Part shown: positions 27,471-36,851 of the stretch, piece by piece | How positions within the stretch are numbered: the first letter of the stretch is position 1 | Layout of the letters: every line of letters begins with the position of its first letter | NCBI GenBank assembly: GCA_012744295.1 | Contig: JAAYIB010000021.1 | Span: 1-38,259 of the forward strand | From: Acholeplasmataceae bacterium | GTDB taxonomy: Bacteria; Bacillota; Negativicutes; Acidaminococcales; Acidaminococcaceae | Direction: 5' to 3' | Length of the DNA stretch: 38,259 bases | Translations under genes and position numbers: made by a program | The notes under the pieces: model-generated | Told to the model about the DNA's origin: nothing | The model's database searches: none | The model's input: the letters and a program-made list of their open reading frames with translations, nothing else

Positions 27471-28259
27471 ATGGTTGAAATAGTTTTCAGACCTAAAAAA
27501 AGGATCTTTATCATTCTGGCCTCCCTCAGCGTTTTGCTGGCGGCGCTTTTCACTTATCTTATCTGGTTTGTTTCCTCTCCCGGACTTGCCGGCATCAATC
27601 GGCACCTTCCTACGCTCTTGGGATTTTCGGGAGCCGTTGTGATTTTGGCGTTTTTCATTGGCGTCGCAGGCATTGTGCTGGCGATTCTGGGACTTCCCGT
27701 CCTGAGATTGTTCCACGGCTGGGCCTGGAATACCATCAATATGCTGTTTCCGCTCGCTGTTTTTCTGGGCAGGGTTTTCCGCATTCCAAAAAGCAATATC
27801 GAACAGTCTTTTATTGAAATCAGCAATCATCTTGTGCGCAACCAGCACATCAAGGTGCCGGCGGAGCGCATATTGATTCTGACACCGCACTGCCTGCAGC
27901 TTGACACTTGCCCGCACAAGATAACGAGGGATATCAGAAATTGCCGCAGATGCGGTGCCTGCAGCGTCGGCCCCTTGCTGGAACTGGTCGACAAATACGG
28001 TGTCAATATGGCAGTCGCCACAGGCGGAACCCTGGCCAGGCAGGTCGTTAAAACAATAAGGCCGAAAGCCATTATTGCCGTTGCCTGTGAACGAGACCTG
28101 ACAAGCGGTATTCAGGATGTCTTCCCTCTGCCGGTTGTGGGCGTCCTGAATGAAAGACCCTGCGGTCCTTGTTTCAACACCAGGGTGGATGTAAGGAAGG
28201 TTGAGGAAACGATTAAATATTTTTTGAATGACGAGGGAAAAAATGACTTTCAAAACTAA
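27471..28259 (+). CDS. DUF116 domain-containing membrane protein (Cys-rich)
   Basis: Three N-terminal hydrophobic helices are followed by a soluble domain containing PHCLQLDTCPH...CRRCGAC...AVACERDL...RPCGPC. The fmt-rsmB position is where I recall DUF116 sitting in Clostridia-type genomes. Confidence 0.75.
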   Translation: MVEIVFRPKKRIFIILASLSVLLAALFTYLIWFVSSPGLAGINRHLPTLLGFSGAVVILAFFIGVAGIVLAILGLPVLRLFHGWAWNTINMLFPLAVFLGRVFRIPKSNIEQSFIEISNHLVRNQHIKVPAERILILTPHCLQLDTCPHKITRDIRNCRRCGACSVGPLLELVDKYGVNMAVATGGTLARQVVKTIRPKAIIAVACERDLTSGIQDVFPLPVVGVLNERPCGPCFNTRVDVRKVEETIKYFLNDEGKNDFQN

Positions 28260-29631
28260 GGGCCATGCGAGTAAAGACACAGTAAAGGATAATGCCAGGA
28301 TGCTTGCCTTCAAGGTTATTGACGAGGTTTTCTCCAAAGGCGCCTACAGCAATATTGCGCTGAACAGGGCCTTGTCATCGGCCAGGCTTGACGACCTTGA
28401 CCGGCGCTTCGCAACAGAGCTGGTTTACGGCTGCGTCAAGGCAAAAGGCACGCTTGACTGGATCATCGCAAAGCACGTGACGCGCCCTTTGAATAAAATA
28501 AGTCCGGTTATTTTAAACATTTTAAGGCTGGGTGTTTTCCAAATTTATTATTTGGAACGCATTCCAGCTTCTGCTGCTTGTAACGAGTCGGTTAACCTGG
28601 CCAAGAAGCTCGGCCACCAGGGTACGGTGAAGTTTGTTAACGCAGTCCTGCGCAGCTCCGCACGCGGCAAGGACACGCTGAAATTCCCTTCGGAAGCAGA
28701 GGATTCGGCAGGCCGGCTGGCGCTTGAGCTTGCCCATCCGAGATGGCTTGTGGAGCGCTGGTTAAATCAGTTCGGAAAAGATCAAACTGTCAGGCTGTGT
28801 GTTTTTAATAACCAGCCACCGCCGCTGACCTTGCGCGTCAACTCTCTGAAAGCAAACAGGGACGAACTTCTTGCCGCGCTTTTGTCTGAAGGCTTTGAAG
28901 CTGCGGCCTCAGCCTGGAGCGCAGATGGCATAGTCTGCACAAAAGTGCCGTCCATGAAGCTATTGTTCGAACGTTACGGACAAAGCCTCTATGTGCAGGA
29001 CGAAAGCTCGATGCTGATTGCAGGAATTCTTGCGCCGCTCCCCGGACAACTTGTAATTGACGTCTGTGCTGCACCTGGAGGCAAGACGACCCATCTGGCA
29101 CAATTGATGGAGAACAAGGGGACGGTTATCGCAACCGACATATACGAGCACAAACTTAAGCTCATCGCCGAAAATGCCAGGAGGCTGGGTCTTGACATCG
29201 TCAGACCTCTTCTTGGGGATGCGGCGGAAAACGTGACCGCCTGGAACGAAACTGCTGACCGTGTACTTGTAGACGCGCCTTGCTCCGGGCTCGGCGTTTT
29301 TGCAAGGCGTGCCGAGGCGAGGTGGAACAAGACGGAAGAAAGCCTGAAGGAATTTCCTGCTTTGCAGTCAAAGATTCTTGCCAATGCCAGTCGCTATGTA
29401 AAGCCCGGCGGACGTCTCGTCTACAGTACCTGCACGCTGGAAAAAGCAGAAAACGGCGAAGTTGTCGACAGCTTCCTGCGCGAGCATAAGGACTTTTGCA
29501 AAAAACCGTTTCGGCACCCGCTTACGGGCAATGAGGTGAAAGAACTAAGCCTGCTGCCGCAGAAAGATGGTATTGACGGCTTTTATATCTGCGCTCTTGA
29601 GCGCCAACAGAAAGATGAGACAAATGGATAA
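28243..29631 (+). CDS. rsmB: 16S rRNA (cytosine967-C5)-methyltransferase
   Basis: A NusB-like N-terminal region is followed by the SAM motif DVCAAPGGKT and the catalytic motifs DAPCSGLG and STCT. The start ATG 28243 overlaps the DUF116 gene end by 17 nt (28228 is an alternative). Confidence 0.9.
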   Translation: MTFKTKGHASKDTVKDNARMLAFKVIDEVFSKGAYSNIALNRALSSARLDDLDRRFATELVYGCVKAKGTLDWIIAKHVTRPLNKISPVILNILRLGVFQIYYLERIPASAACNESVNLAKKLGHQGTVKFVNAVLRSSARGKDTLKFPSEAEDSAGRLALELAHPRWLVERWLNQFGKDQTVRLCVFNNQPPPLTLRVNSLKANRDELLAALLSEGFEAAASAWSADGIVCTKVPSMKLLFERYGQSLYVQDESSMLIAGILAPLPGQLVIDVCAAPGGKTTHLAQLMENKGTVIATDIYEHKLKLIAENARRLGLDIVRPLLGDAAENVTAWNETADRVLVDAPCSGLGVFARRAEARWNKTEESLKEFPALQSKILANASRYVKPGGRLVYSTCTLEKAENGEVVDSFLREHKDFCKKPFRHPLTGNEVKELSLLPQKDGIDGFYICALERQQKDETNG

Positions 29632-30673
29632 AAAAGAAATTTTTGGCATGGGACTTTCCGAACTGCAGTCGCTCTTTATCGATAAAGGACTGAAAAAATA
29701 CCGTGCGGACCAGGTTTTCGACTGGCTGTACAAAAAGTCGGTTTTCACATTTTCCGAGATGAAAAACATTGCCAGGTCTGACGCGGAGCTAATGAATGAC
29801 AATTTCACCGTGCTGCCTGCAAACGTTAAAATCCTGCGCCGCCAGCAATCAGCGGACGGACTCACCACAAAGGACCTCGTCGAGCTCACGGACGGCAACA
29901 CGGTGGAAACCGTGTCGATGAAGCATGACTACGGCTGCAGCATCTGCGTTTCAAGCCAGGTCGGCTGCAATATGGGTTGTGCCTTCTGTGCCAGCGGCAT
30001 CGGCGGCTTTGTGCGCAATCTGTCGCCACAGGAGATTTTACTGCAGATAGCCCTTTCCAATCAGTTGCTTGTACCAGCCGGAGGGCGCATCAGCCGCATA
30101 GTGGTAATGGGTTCGGGCGAACCGCTTTTGAATCTTGACGCGGTGCTTGAAGCCCTGACGTTTGCGCATCGTGAAGACGCATTTAACATCAGCTGCCGCA
30201 ATATGACCGTTTCCACATGCGGTATCGTGCCCGGCATCGATGCTCTGGCCGGTAAAGGCATACGGCTTAATCTGGCAATTTCGCTGCATGCTGCCAATAA
30301 TGACCTGCGCAGCGAACTGATGCCTGTGAACGACACATACGCCCTTACCGAGGTAATTGCGGCCGCTGAACGTTACGCACGTACGTCGGGCAGGCAGGTT
30401 ACGTATGAGTACATCCTGATTGCAGGCAAGAACGATTCCCTGACTGACGCCGAGTTATTGGCAAATGCCCTGCGTTTCAAGCATGCCTCAGTCAATCTTA
30501 TTCCTGTTAACCCGGTCGAGGAAAAAGGCTACAGAAGGCCGTCGACGGAACGCATTGACGCCTTTCTGCGTTTCTTGCAGAAGAGAAAAATCAATGTGAC
30601 AATAAGAAAAGAAATGGGTAAGGATATTGACGCCGCCTGCGGGCAGCTGCGCTCAAAGGCAATGAAGAGATAA
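29624..30673 (+). CDS. rlmN: 23S rRNA/tRNA (adenine-C2)-methyltransferase, radical SAM
   Basis: The radical-SAM motif CNMGCAFCASG is present, with YRADQVFDWLY at the N-terminus. The start ATG 29624 overlaps the rsmB stop (29615 is an alternative). Confidence 0.9.
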   Translation: MDKKEIFGMGLSELQSLFIDKGLKKYRADQVFDWLYKKSVFTFSEMKNIARSDAELMNDNFTVLPANVKILRRQQSADGLTTKDLVELTDGNTVETVSMKHDYGCSICVSSQVGCNMGCAFCASGIGGFVRNLSPQEILLQIALSNQLLVPAGGRISRIVVMGSGEPLLNLDAVLEALTFAHREDAFNISCRNMTVSTCGIVPGIDALAGKGIRLNLAISLHAANNDLRSELMPVNDTYALTEVIAAAERYARTSGRQVTYEYILIAGKNDSLTDAELLANALRFKHASVNLIPVNPVEEKGYRRPSTERIDAFLRFLQKRKINVTIRKEMGKDIDAACGQLRSKAMKR

Positions 30674-30694
30674 AGAACATGCGAGGTGAGAGGC

Positions 30695-31408
30695 TTGCTG
30701 ATTGCAAGTAGAACGAACAAGGGCCTGGTCAGGGAAAATAACGAAGACAGCATTCTGGTAAAACCGCCAAAGCTTTTTGTGATTGCCGACGGCATGGGCG
30801 GACACCTCGGAGGGGAAACCGCAAGTTCTACGGCGACCGCCTTTCTAAGTAAGGTTGATTTTACCGGAGTGCCTGAAAAGGAACTGCTTGCCTTTCTTGA
30901 CGGCTGCTTTCAGAATATCAGCAGAAAAATCTGGCAAATGGCTCAGGATGACGTGAATTTGCAAAGGATGGGCACAACGCTTACGGCAGTGTATTTAGTA
31001 GACGACGAAAGAGCCTGTGTGGCCCACGTCGGAGACAGCAGAATCTACCTTCTGCAAACAAACGGCCTGAAGAAGATAACGAGCGATCATTCCTATGTTG
31101 CGGAATTAGTGCGCAACAAGGAGATAACCCCTCAGGAAGCGGCAAGCCATCAGCATAGGAATATCATTATGCGCGCGGTCGGAGTCGAACCCGGAGTGGA
31201 AACCGATTTGTTTGAATTTCTTACTGTAGGGGCTAAACGTCTGCTTTTAAGCAGCGACGGTCTGACAAATATGGTGTCCGAAAAAGAGATTGAATCAATC
31301 CTGCAAACCCTTGAACTGCCGGCAGCCGCAGACGCCTTGATGGAAAGAGCCCTCGCCGCAGGCGGTACGGACAACATCTCTTTCATCATCCTTGATCTGG
31401 AGGATTAA
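30695..31408 (+). CDS. prpC: PP2C-family Ser/Thr protein phosphatase
   Basis: The motifs GLVRENNEDS, ADGMGGH and SDGL are present. TTG 30695 lies 5 nt after GAGGTG (the track start GTG 30686 is an alternative). Confidence 0.9.
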   Translation: MLIASRTNKGLVRENNEDSILVKPPKLFVIADGMGGHLGGETASSTATAFLSKVDFTGVPEKELLAFLDGCFQNISRKIWQMAQDDVNLQRMGTTLTAVYLVDDERACVAHVGDSRIYLLQTNGLKKITSDHSYVAELVRNKEITPQEAASHQHRNIIMRAVGVEPGVETDLFEFLTVGAKRLLLSSDGLTNMVSEKEIESILQTLELPAAADALMERALAAGGTDNISFIILDLED

Positions 31409-31412
31409 AAAT

Positions 31413-33323
31413 ATGGAGCAAATTCTGATAGGCAACCGCTACCAACTGCTCGAAGCGATCGGAACGGGCGGCATGGCCGAGGTTTATCGCGCGACTGACA
31501 CGCTGCTCAATCGTGAAGTTGCCGTTAAGATTCTGCGTGCCCAGTATACCGGTGACGAAGGCTTTGTTTCACGTTTCCGGCAGGAAGCGCAATCGGCGGC
31601 AAAGCTCATTCATGCCAACATTGTCAATGTTTATGACGTCGGCAGGGATGGTGACGCCTACTACATAGTAATGGAATACGTCAAGGGCTCTACACTGAAG
31701 GAAATGATAGCAGAGCAGGGACCACCTGATCACCTGACCGCGGTCATCATTGCCCACGGAGTAGCTTCCGCCTTAAAACATGCACACGGCAGAGGCATAG
31801 TCCACTGCGACATCAAGCCGCACAACATCCTGATAGACGAGGCCGGCAATCCAAAGGTTGCGGACTTCGGCATAGCAAGGGCTATTTCAACCGCAACCAT
31901 GACGTACACCAGTTCTGTTGTAGGTTCCGTTCACTACCTTTCGCCGGAACAGGTGCGAGGGGAGAAAGTATCGACGCAGTCAGACCTATACTCCCTGGGC
32001 ATCCTGCTTTTCGAAATGTTGACGGGAGTTTTGCCCTTTACCGCCGATACCCCTGTAGCCGTAGCCTTGAAGCATGTTAATGAGAAAATGCCGAACATAA
32101 GGGACGTTAATCCCAATGTTCCGCTTATATTGGAAAAAATTGTCAACAAGGCTCTGTCTAAAAAAATTGAAGACCGCTACATGACGGCTGACGACTTTTT
32201 GCAGGACCTGGAATACGCTGCCGATTATCTGACCGGCAACATTTCTTATCCTGAAAGAAGCCGGCACCTGATTGCCGACGAGAAAGACCAGTCCGCCGGC
32301 ATTACGAACCATGAAGAAACTATGCGCCTCGATCGGAATGCCTACGTGACCAGGCTCAAGCAGTCAGGAGACGAAAATTCGAAAGAAGCGGACAAGCAGC
32401 ATAAGAACAGGAAGAATGTCAAATATTGGCTGTTAGGCCTGCTCGTTGCGGCAAGCCTGCTGATTATCGGACTTTTTGCAGCGGGAGTGGTAGGCGGTCC
32501 GGAGACGCTGGTGCCCGACGTCACAGGCAAAAACGTGCTTGAAGCACGCACGCTGCTCGAAGGAGCCAAGCTCGGATATAACATTGACGAGGAATACAAT
32601 CCGCATGCTCAGGCAGGAATAGTCGTAGCGCAAAACCCCGCAGGCAAAAGACTGGTCAAGGAAGGCAGAAAAATCCTTCTGATTGTCAGCAAGGGCGTTG
32701 AGCTCGGAGACGTTCCGAACCTTAAGGGCAAGAAGCTGACCGAGGTCAAGGCCGTACTCAAGGAGGCGCGTTTTGAAATTGGCAAGGTAACTTACAAATA
32801 CGTGGCCGGCGAACCCGAGGAAACGGTTTTGCAACAAAGCGTCGCTGCTCCTGCCAAGCTTCCTGTCGGCACAAAGCTGGACCTCGTCATCAATATAAAG
32901 AAGAACCAGGCAGTATTGCCGGATCTTGTCGGGATGAGCGTTTCACAAGCTAAGAACAAACTTAATGACCTGGGGCTGGTGCTGGAGGCCGTCAGCTATG
33001 TCGTGTCAAAGGAACCGGAGAATACGGTGCTTTCGATGCGTCCGGCGGCAGAGGAAGTTGTCGCCTTAGGCACGAAGGTTGACGTTACTGCGGCCAAAAG
33101 TGCCGATGTGTCAAGAACTACGCAGTATGTTGAATTCATAGTGCCGCCCGGCGGCGATAATCAGGATGTGCGCATAGTCGTCGCTGACGCGGGCGGCAGC
33201 CGCGTCGTTTATACCAACTCGCATAAGGGCGGCGTGCGTTTGCGCCAGCAAATAGAAGGAACAGGCAGTATCAAGGTAAAGTTTTACTGCAATGACAAGC
33301 TTGTGGAGGAAAAAAGCCTGTAA
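31413..33323 (+). CDS. prkC: Ser/Thr protein kinase with extracellular PASTA repeats
   Basis: Kinase motifs GTGGMAEVY, VAVK, HCDIKPHNIL and DFGIA are present. There is one TM helix (YWLLGLLVAASLLIIGLFAAGVV). Three PASTA-like repeats follow, each carrying a PD(V/L) or PNL motif followed by GK/GM residues, plus a C-terminal domain. Confidence 0.92.
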   Translation: MEQILIGNRYQLLEAIGTGGMAEVYRATDTLLNREVAVKILRAQYTGDEGFVSRFRQEAQSAAKLIHANIVNVYDVGRDGDAYYIVMEYVKGSTLKEMIAEQGPPDHLTAVIIAHGVASALKHAHGRGIVHCDIKPHNILIDEAGNPKVADFGIARAISTATMTYTSSVVGSVHYLSPEQVRGEKVSTQSDLYSLGILLFEMLTGVLPFTADTPVAVALKHVNEKMPNIRDVNPNVPLILEKIVNKALSKKIEDRYMTADDFLQDLEYAADYLTGNISYPERSRHLIADEKDQSAGITNHEETMRLDRNAYVTRLKQSGDENSKEADKQHKNRKNVKYWLLGLLVAASLLIIGLFAAGVVGGPETLVPDVTGKNVLEARTLLEGAKLGYNIDEEYNPHAQAGIVVAQNPAGKRLVKEGRKILLIVSKGVELGDVPNLKGKKLTEVKAVLKEARFEIGKVTYKYVAGEPEETVLQQSVAAPAKLPVGTKLDLVINIKKNQAVLPDLVGMSVSQAKNKLNDLGLVLEAVSYVVSKEPENTVLSMRPAAEEVVALGTKVDVTAAKSADVSRTTQYVEFIVPPGGDNQDVRIVVADAGGSRVVYTNSHKGGVRLRQQIEGTGSIKVKFYCNDKLVEEKSL

Positions 33324-34207
33324 TGACGGAACAAGGACGGGTTATTAAAAACTATATGGGGTACTATTATGTCGAAACGGCAGAACGTCGGGTTTTCACC
33401 TGCAAGGTGAAGGGTAGAATGAAGCAGAATCGTTTCAGCCTCTGCACCGGCGACTATGTTGTTTTTGAAGCGAAAGGCACTGAGGGTATGATTACCGAGG
33501 TGCTGCCCCGCAAGAATTTTTTGCAGCGGCCTACGGTGGCCAACATCGACCTCGTGGTCGTAACCGCTTCTTGCGCCAACCCGGAATTCAGCTTTCTGAT
33601 CACGGACAAGCTGCTGGTGCTTGCTGAAAGTGCAGGCATCCCTGCTGTTATCTGTCTGAACAAGACCGATCTTGCGCCGCCTGATTTGCTGCAGCAATGC
33701 CGCGAAGTTTACGGACGTGCAGGCTATAAGGTTTTGCCTGTTTCCGCCCGGCAAGGGGACGGGCTCGAACAACTCAGAAATGAAGTTGCGAACAAGGTAA
33801 CCGTATTCGCGGGCCCGTCAGGCGTGGGGAAATCCTCAACTCTGAACGCGATCGATCCATGTTTTCAGCGAGTTGTCGGCGTTGTCAGCGAAAAAATAGG
33901 CAGAGGGCGCCATACAACGCGCTGCGCGGACTTCATACCCTTTGCCGGCGGCTATCTTGCTGATACTCCGGGGTTTGGCAACCTAAACATGGAAGAACTG
34001 GAAGTTGAAAACCTGGCCGCGGCTTTTCCCGAATTCGCAGAGTACAGCCGTGCTTGTCGCTTTAACGGCTGCTCGCACACGCACGAGCCCGGCTGTGAAG
34101 TCAAGGCTGCCGTTGAGCGAGGGGAGATTGCATCCTCCAGATACAAGTCCTATTTGAGCATTGAGCAGGAAATACCGGCTAAAAAAGAAAGGAGCGGGAA
34201 AAAATGA
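33323..34207 (+). CDS. rsgA: Ribosome small subunit-dependent GTPase A
   Basis: This is a circularly permuted GTPase with NKTDL before GPSGVGKSS. The zinc motif is CRFNGCSHTHEPGC. TAATG overlap with prkC. Confidence 0.95.
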   Translation: MTEQGRVIKNYMGYYYVETAERRVFTCKVKGRMKQNRFSLCTGDYVVFEAKGTEGMITEVLPRKNFLQRPTVANIDLVVVTASCANPEFSFLITDKLLVLAESAGIPAVICLNKTDLAPPDLLQQCREVYGRAGYKVLPVSARQGDGLEQLRNEVANKVTVFAGPSGVGKSSTLNAIDPCFQRVVGVVSEKIGRGRHTTRCADFIPFAGGYLADTPGFGNLNMEELEVENLAAAFPEFAEYSRACRFNGCSHTHEPGCEVKAAVERGEIASSRYKSYLSIEQEIPAKKERSGKK

Positions 34208-34848
34208 CACTTGTAGCACCTTCGATACTGTCAGCGGATTTTGCCTGCCTAACCGATGAGATAAAAAAAATAGAGGCGGCGGGAGCGGATTGGGTCCACA
34301 TCGACGTAATGGACGGAAATTTTGTGCCCAATCTGACCTTTGGGGCTCCCGTAGTGAGGAAAATCAGGCCCGTGACGAAACTGATTTTTGACTGCCACCT
34401 GATGGTAGTAAATCCCGAAGCTTATATCAACGATTTTGCAGAGGCCGGTGCCGACATGATTGTGGTTCACGTGGAAGCCTCCGCGCATTTGCACCGGCTG
34501 CTCCAGTCAATACGTGAAAAGGGGATTAAGGCGGGGGTCGCGCTTAATCCGGCTACGCCTCTTGTCAGCATTGAGGAGATTCTGCCTTATGTCGACCTGG
34601 TTTTGCTTATGAGCGTCAATCCCGGTTTTGGCGGACAAAAGTTCATTGAGACGACGCTCGACAAGGTAAAACGCCTGCGAGCGATGCTGGATAAGGGCGG
34701 TCATGAAGTTCTGATCCAGGTGGACGGAGGCGTAAACGAAGAAATCGGCGGACGCCTGCGGGAAGCGGGAGCGGACGTGCTTGTGGCCGGCTCCTATGTT
34801 TATGGCGCCGAAGACTGCGCTGCGGCGATAGCGAGTTTGAAAAAGTAA
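34204..34848 (+). CDS. rpe: Ribulose-phosphate 3-epimerase
   Basis: APSILSADF...HIDVMDG.FVPN...MSVNPGFGGQKF. ATGA overlap with rsgA. Confidence 0.95.
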   Translation: MTLVAPSILSADFACLTDEIKKIEAAGADWVHIDVMDGNFVPNLTFGAPVVRKIRPVTKLIFDCHLMVVNPEAYINDFAEAGADMIVVHVEASAHLHRLLQSIREKGIKAGVALNPATPLVSIEEILPYVDLVLLMSVNPGFGGQKFIETTLDKVKRLRAMLDKGGHEVLIQVDGGVNEEIGGRLREAGADVLVAGSYVYGAEDCAAAIASLKK

Positions 34849-34877
34849 TTGCATTCATTGTCCATGAGTGCTATATT
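34849..34877 (+). promoter_or_regulatory. Putative sigma-A promoter of the rib operon
   Basis: TTGCAT, 17-nt spacer, TGcTATATT, beginning directly after the rpe stop. Confidence 0.5.
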
Positions 34878-34894
34878 ATAAATATAATTTAATA

Positions 34895-35012
34895 AGAAAG
34901 CCTTTGGGGCAGGGTGCGATTCCCTACCGGCGGTAAAGTCCGCGAGCCGTTTACGGCACGATTCGGTGTGATTCCGAAACCGACAGTATAGTCTGGATGT
35001 GAAAAGGCATAT
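34895..35012 (+). promoter_or_regulatory. FMN riboswitch (RFN element) aptamer
   Basis: GGGGCAGGGTGCGATTCCCTACCGGCGGTAAAGTCCGCGAGCC...GATTCGGTGTGATTCCGAAACCGACAGTATAGTCTGGATG matches the RFN core. P1 pairs GCCTTT (34900-34905) with AAAGGC (35003-35008). Confidence 0.92.
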
Positions 35013-35024
35013 GGATCAAGTTCT

Positions 35025-35075
35025 AAAAACCATACGACCGAGCCAAGGCTTTTGTCTATGGTTTTTTCTTTTTTG
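35025..35075 (+). terminator. RFN expression-platform terminator
   Basis: AAAAACCATA(C)GAC ... GTCTATGGTTTTT followed by a TCTTTTTT run, just upstream of the ribD ribosome-binding site. Confidence 0.7.
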
Positions 35076-35084
35076 TGAGGTGTG

Positions 35085-36188
35085 ATGATGACAAATGATG
35101 AAAAATGGATGTCAAGGGCCCTCGAGCTTGCTGCTCGGGCCGAAGGCAGCACCAGCCCGAATCCCTTGGTGGGTGCGGTTATAGTTGATTCAGGCAACAA
35201 TGTTGTCGGCGAGGGCTGGCACAGACGTGCCGGCGAAGCTCATGCCGAGGTAAACGCGCTAACGGCTGCAGGCAAAGGGGCACGAGGCGCAACGGCTTAC
35301 GTAACGCTGGAGCCCTGTTGCCATCACGGCAGGACCGGCCCTTGCTGCGAGGCGCTGCTTGCGGCAGGTATAAGGCGTGTCGTGATAGCGGTCGGCGACC
35401 CGAACCCCAAGATTGCCGGTAACGGCATCAGGAGGCTCAGGGAAGGCGGAGTGGAAGTCACGGTCGGCGTGCTTGCAAAAGAAGCCGCTAGGCAAAATGA
35501 GATATTCCTTCACTGGATAACAAGCGGCAGGCCTTTTGTCGCCATGAAATACGCGATGACGCTTGACGGCAAGATTGCCGCCGCCAGCGGCGACTCCAGG
35601 TGGATTACGGGCGAAGCCGCCCGCGGGTACGTTCATCGCCTGCGCAATATGTATGACGCCATCCTGGTAGGTAAAAACACGGTGCTGGCAGACAACCCCG
35701 AGTTAACCTGCCGCCTGGCAGGCGGTCATAATCCTCTGCGCGTCATCCTCGACGCCAGGCTTGAAACGCCGCTTTGGTCAAAAGTACTGCATTGCGCGGA
35801 GGCAAAAACGCTTGTCGTGGCAGGAGAGAATGCTGCCGCAGACGGCATTGCAGCGCTGCAGAACAGCAAAGGAGTTGAAGTAGTCACTCTTCCTCTTTGC
35901 GCAGGCCGACTTGACCTTGACGCCCTGCTCGCCGCTTTAAGCGAGAGAAAAATTACAAGCCTTCTTGTCGAGGGCGGCGGCGAAGTGCACGGAGCATTTC
36001 TTGACTCCGGGCTTGTCGACAGGGTGTACGCCTTTGTCGCGCCGCGTCTTGTCGGGGGTAAACACGCAGTAACACCTGTCAGCGGACGCGGCTGCGACAG
36101 GATCTGCGAAGGGCCGGTCCTGCACGAGGTTGAAACGAGGCAGCTTGGCAGCGACTTTATGATAACGGGACGAATCTTGAGGGAGTGA
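35085..36188 (+). CDS. ribD: Bifunctional diaminohydroxyphosphoribosylaminopyrimidine deaminase / 5-amino-6-(5-phosphoribosylamino)uracil reductase
   Basis: The deaminase zinc motifs HAEVNAL and PCCHHGRTGPC are present, with a C-terminal reductase domain. The start is ATG 35085 or 35088 after GAGGTG. Confidence 0.95.
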   Translation: MMTNDEKWMSRALELAARAEGSTSPNPLVGAVIVDSGNNVVGEGWHRRAGEAHAEVNALTAAGKGARGATAYVTLEPCCHHGRTGPCCEALLAAGIRRVVIAVGDPNPKIAGNGIRRLREGGVEVTVGVLAKEAARQNEIFLHWITSGRPFVAMKYAMTLDGKIAAASGDSRWITGEAARGYVHRLRNMYDAILVGKNTVLADNPELTCRLAGGHNPLRVILDARLETPLWSKVLHCAEAKTLVVAGENAAADGIAALQNSKGVEVVTLPLCAGRLDLDALLAALSERKITSLLVEGGGEVHGAFLDSGLVDRVYAFVAPRLVGGKHAVTPVSGRGCDRICEGPVLHEVETRQLGSDFMITGRILRE

Positions 36189-36192
36189 GTGC

Positions 36193-36840
36193 ATGTTTAC
36201 GGGATTGATTGCTGAACTGGGTACCATCAAGGCAATGAAGCAAGGGGCTAAATCCTATCGCCTGACAATAGCGGCGGACAGGACGCCGCGCGGGCTCAAG
36301 CTTGGAGAAAGCGTAGCCGTTAACGGCGCCTGCCTAACGGTCGTCGAACCCGGAGAGGGGGAGTTCACGGTGGACGTCATGCCAGAAACGGTAAGGACGA
36401 CGACTATAGGAAGCCTGAAAAACGGTGACAGGGTCAACCTGGAAAAAACGCTCCGTCTTGAGGACGGACTTGACGGCCATATCGTCAGCGGCCATGTTGA
36501 GGGAGTCGGCAGGATAATCAGAAAGGAACGGGAGGACATTGCGCAGCTCGTGACTGTAAAAATACCCAGGGATCTGACGCGCTATATCATCAAGAGAGGT
36601 TCAATCGCCGTCGATGGCATCAGCCTGACGGTTACAGACGTTACCGAGGATGATTTTACCGTGTCCCTGATACCGCACACGGCGAAGGAAACAACTCTTG
36701 GTTTTAAAAGCACCGGCGATGTCGTTAATGTCGAAACCGACGTCCTCGGCAAGTACGTGGAGAAAATGCTGTCATCCCCGGGCGGCAGGGCAGCGGCCGG
36801 TCTGAGCCGCAAGACTTTGTGGGAGAATGGTTTTATTTAG
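36193..36840 (+). CDS. ribE: Riboflavin synthase (alpha chain)
   Basis: MFTGLI.E.G starts the protein, and the lumazine-binding repeats are duplicated ([13 protein letters not shown] / [12 protein letters not shown]). Confidence 0.95.
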   Translation: MFTGLIAELGTIKAMKQGAKSYRLTIAADRTPRGLKLGESVAVNGACLTVVEPGEGEFTVDVMPETVRTTTIGSLKNGDRVNLEKTLRLEDGLDGHIVSGHVEGVGRIIRKEREDIAQLVTVKIPRDLTRYIIKRGSIAVDGISLTVTDVTEDDFTVSLIPHTAKETTLGFKSTGDVVNVETDVLGKYVEKMLSSPGGRAAAGLSRKTLWENGFI

Positions 36841-36851
36841 GAGGCTGTTTT

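Noticed and set aside
26979-28337. A 452-aa ORF on the minus strand, antisense to the 3' part of fmt, all of DUF116 and the start of rsmB.
   Set aside because: Its triplets start at coordinates divisible by 3, exactly the codon phase of fmt (26517) and DUF116 (27471). In that phase, antisense stops arise only from sense codons TTA, CTA or TCA, and these genes avoid those codons. I checked the DUF116 reading frame and found none. There is no ribosome-binding site and the sequence looks like composition-driven noise. The sense genes have strong family motifs.
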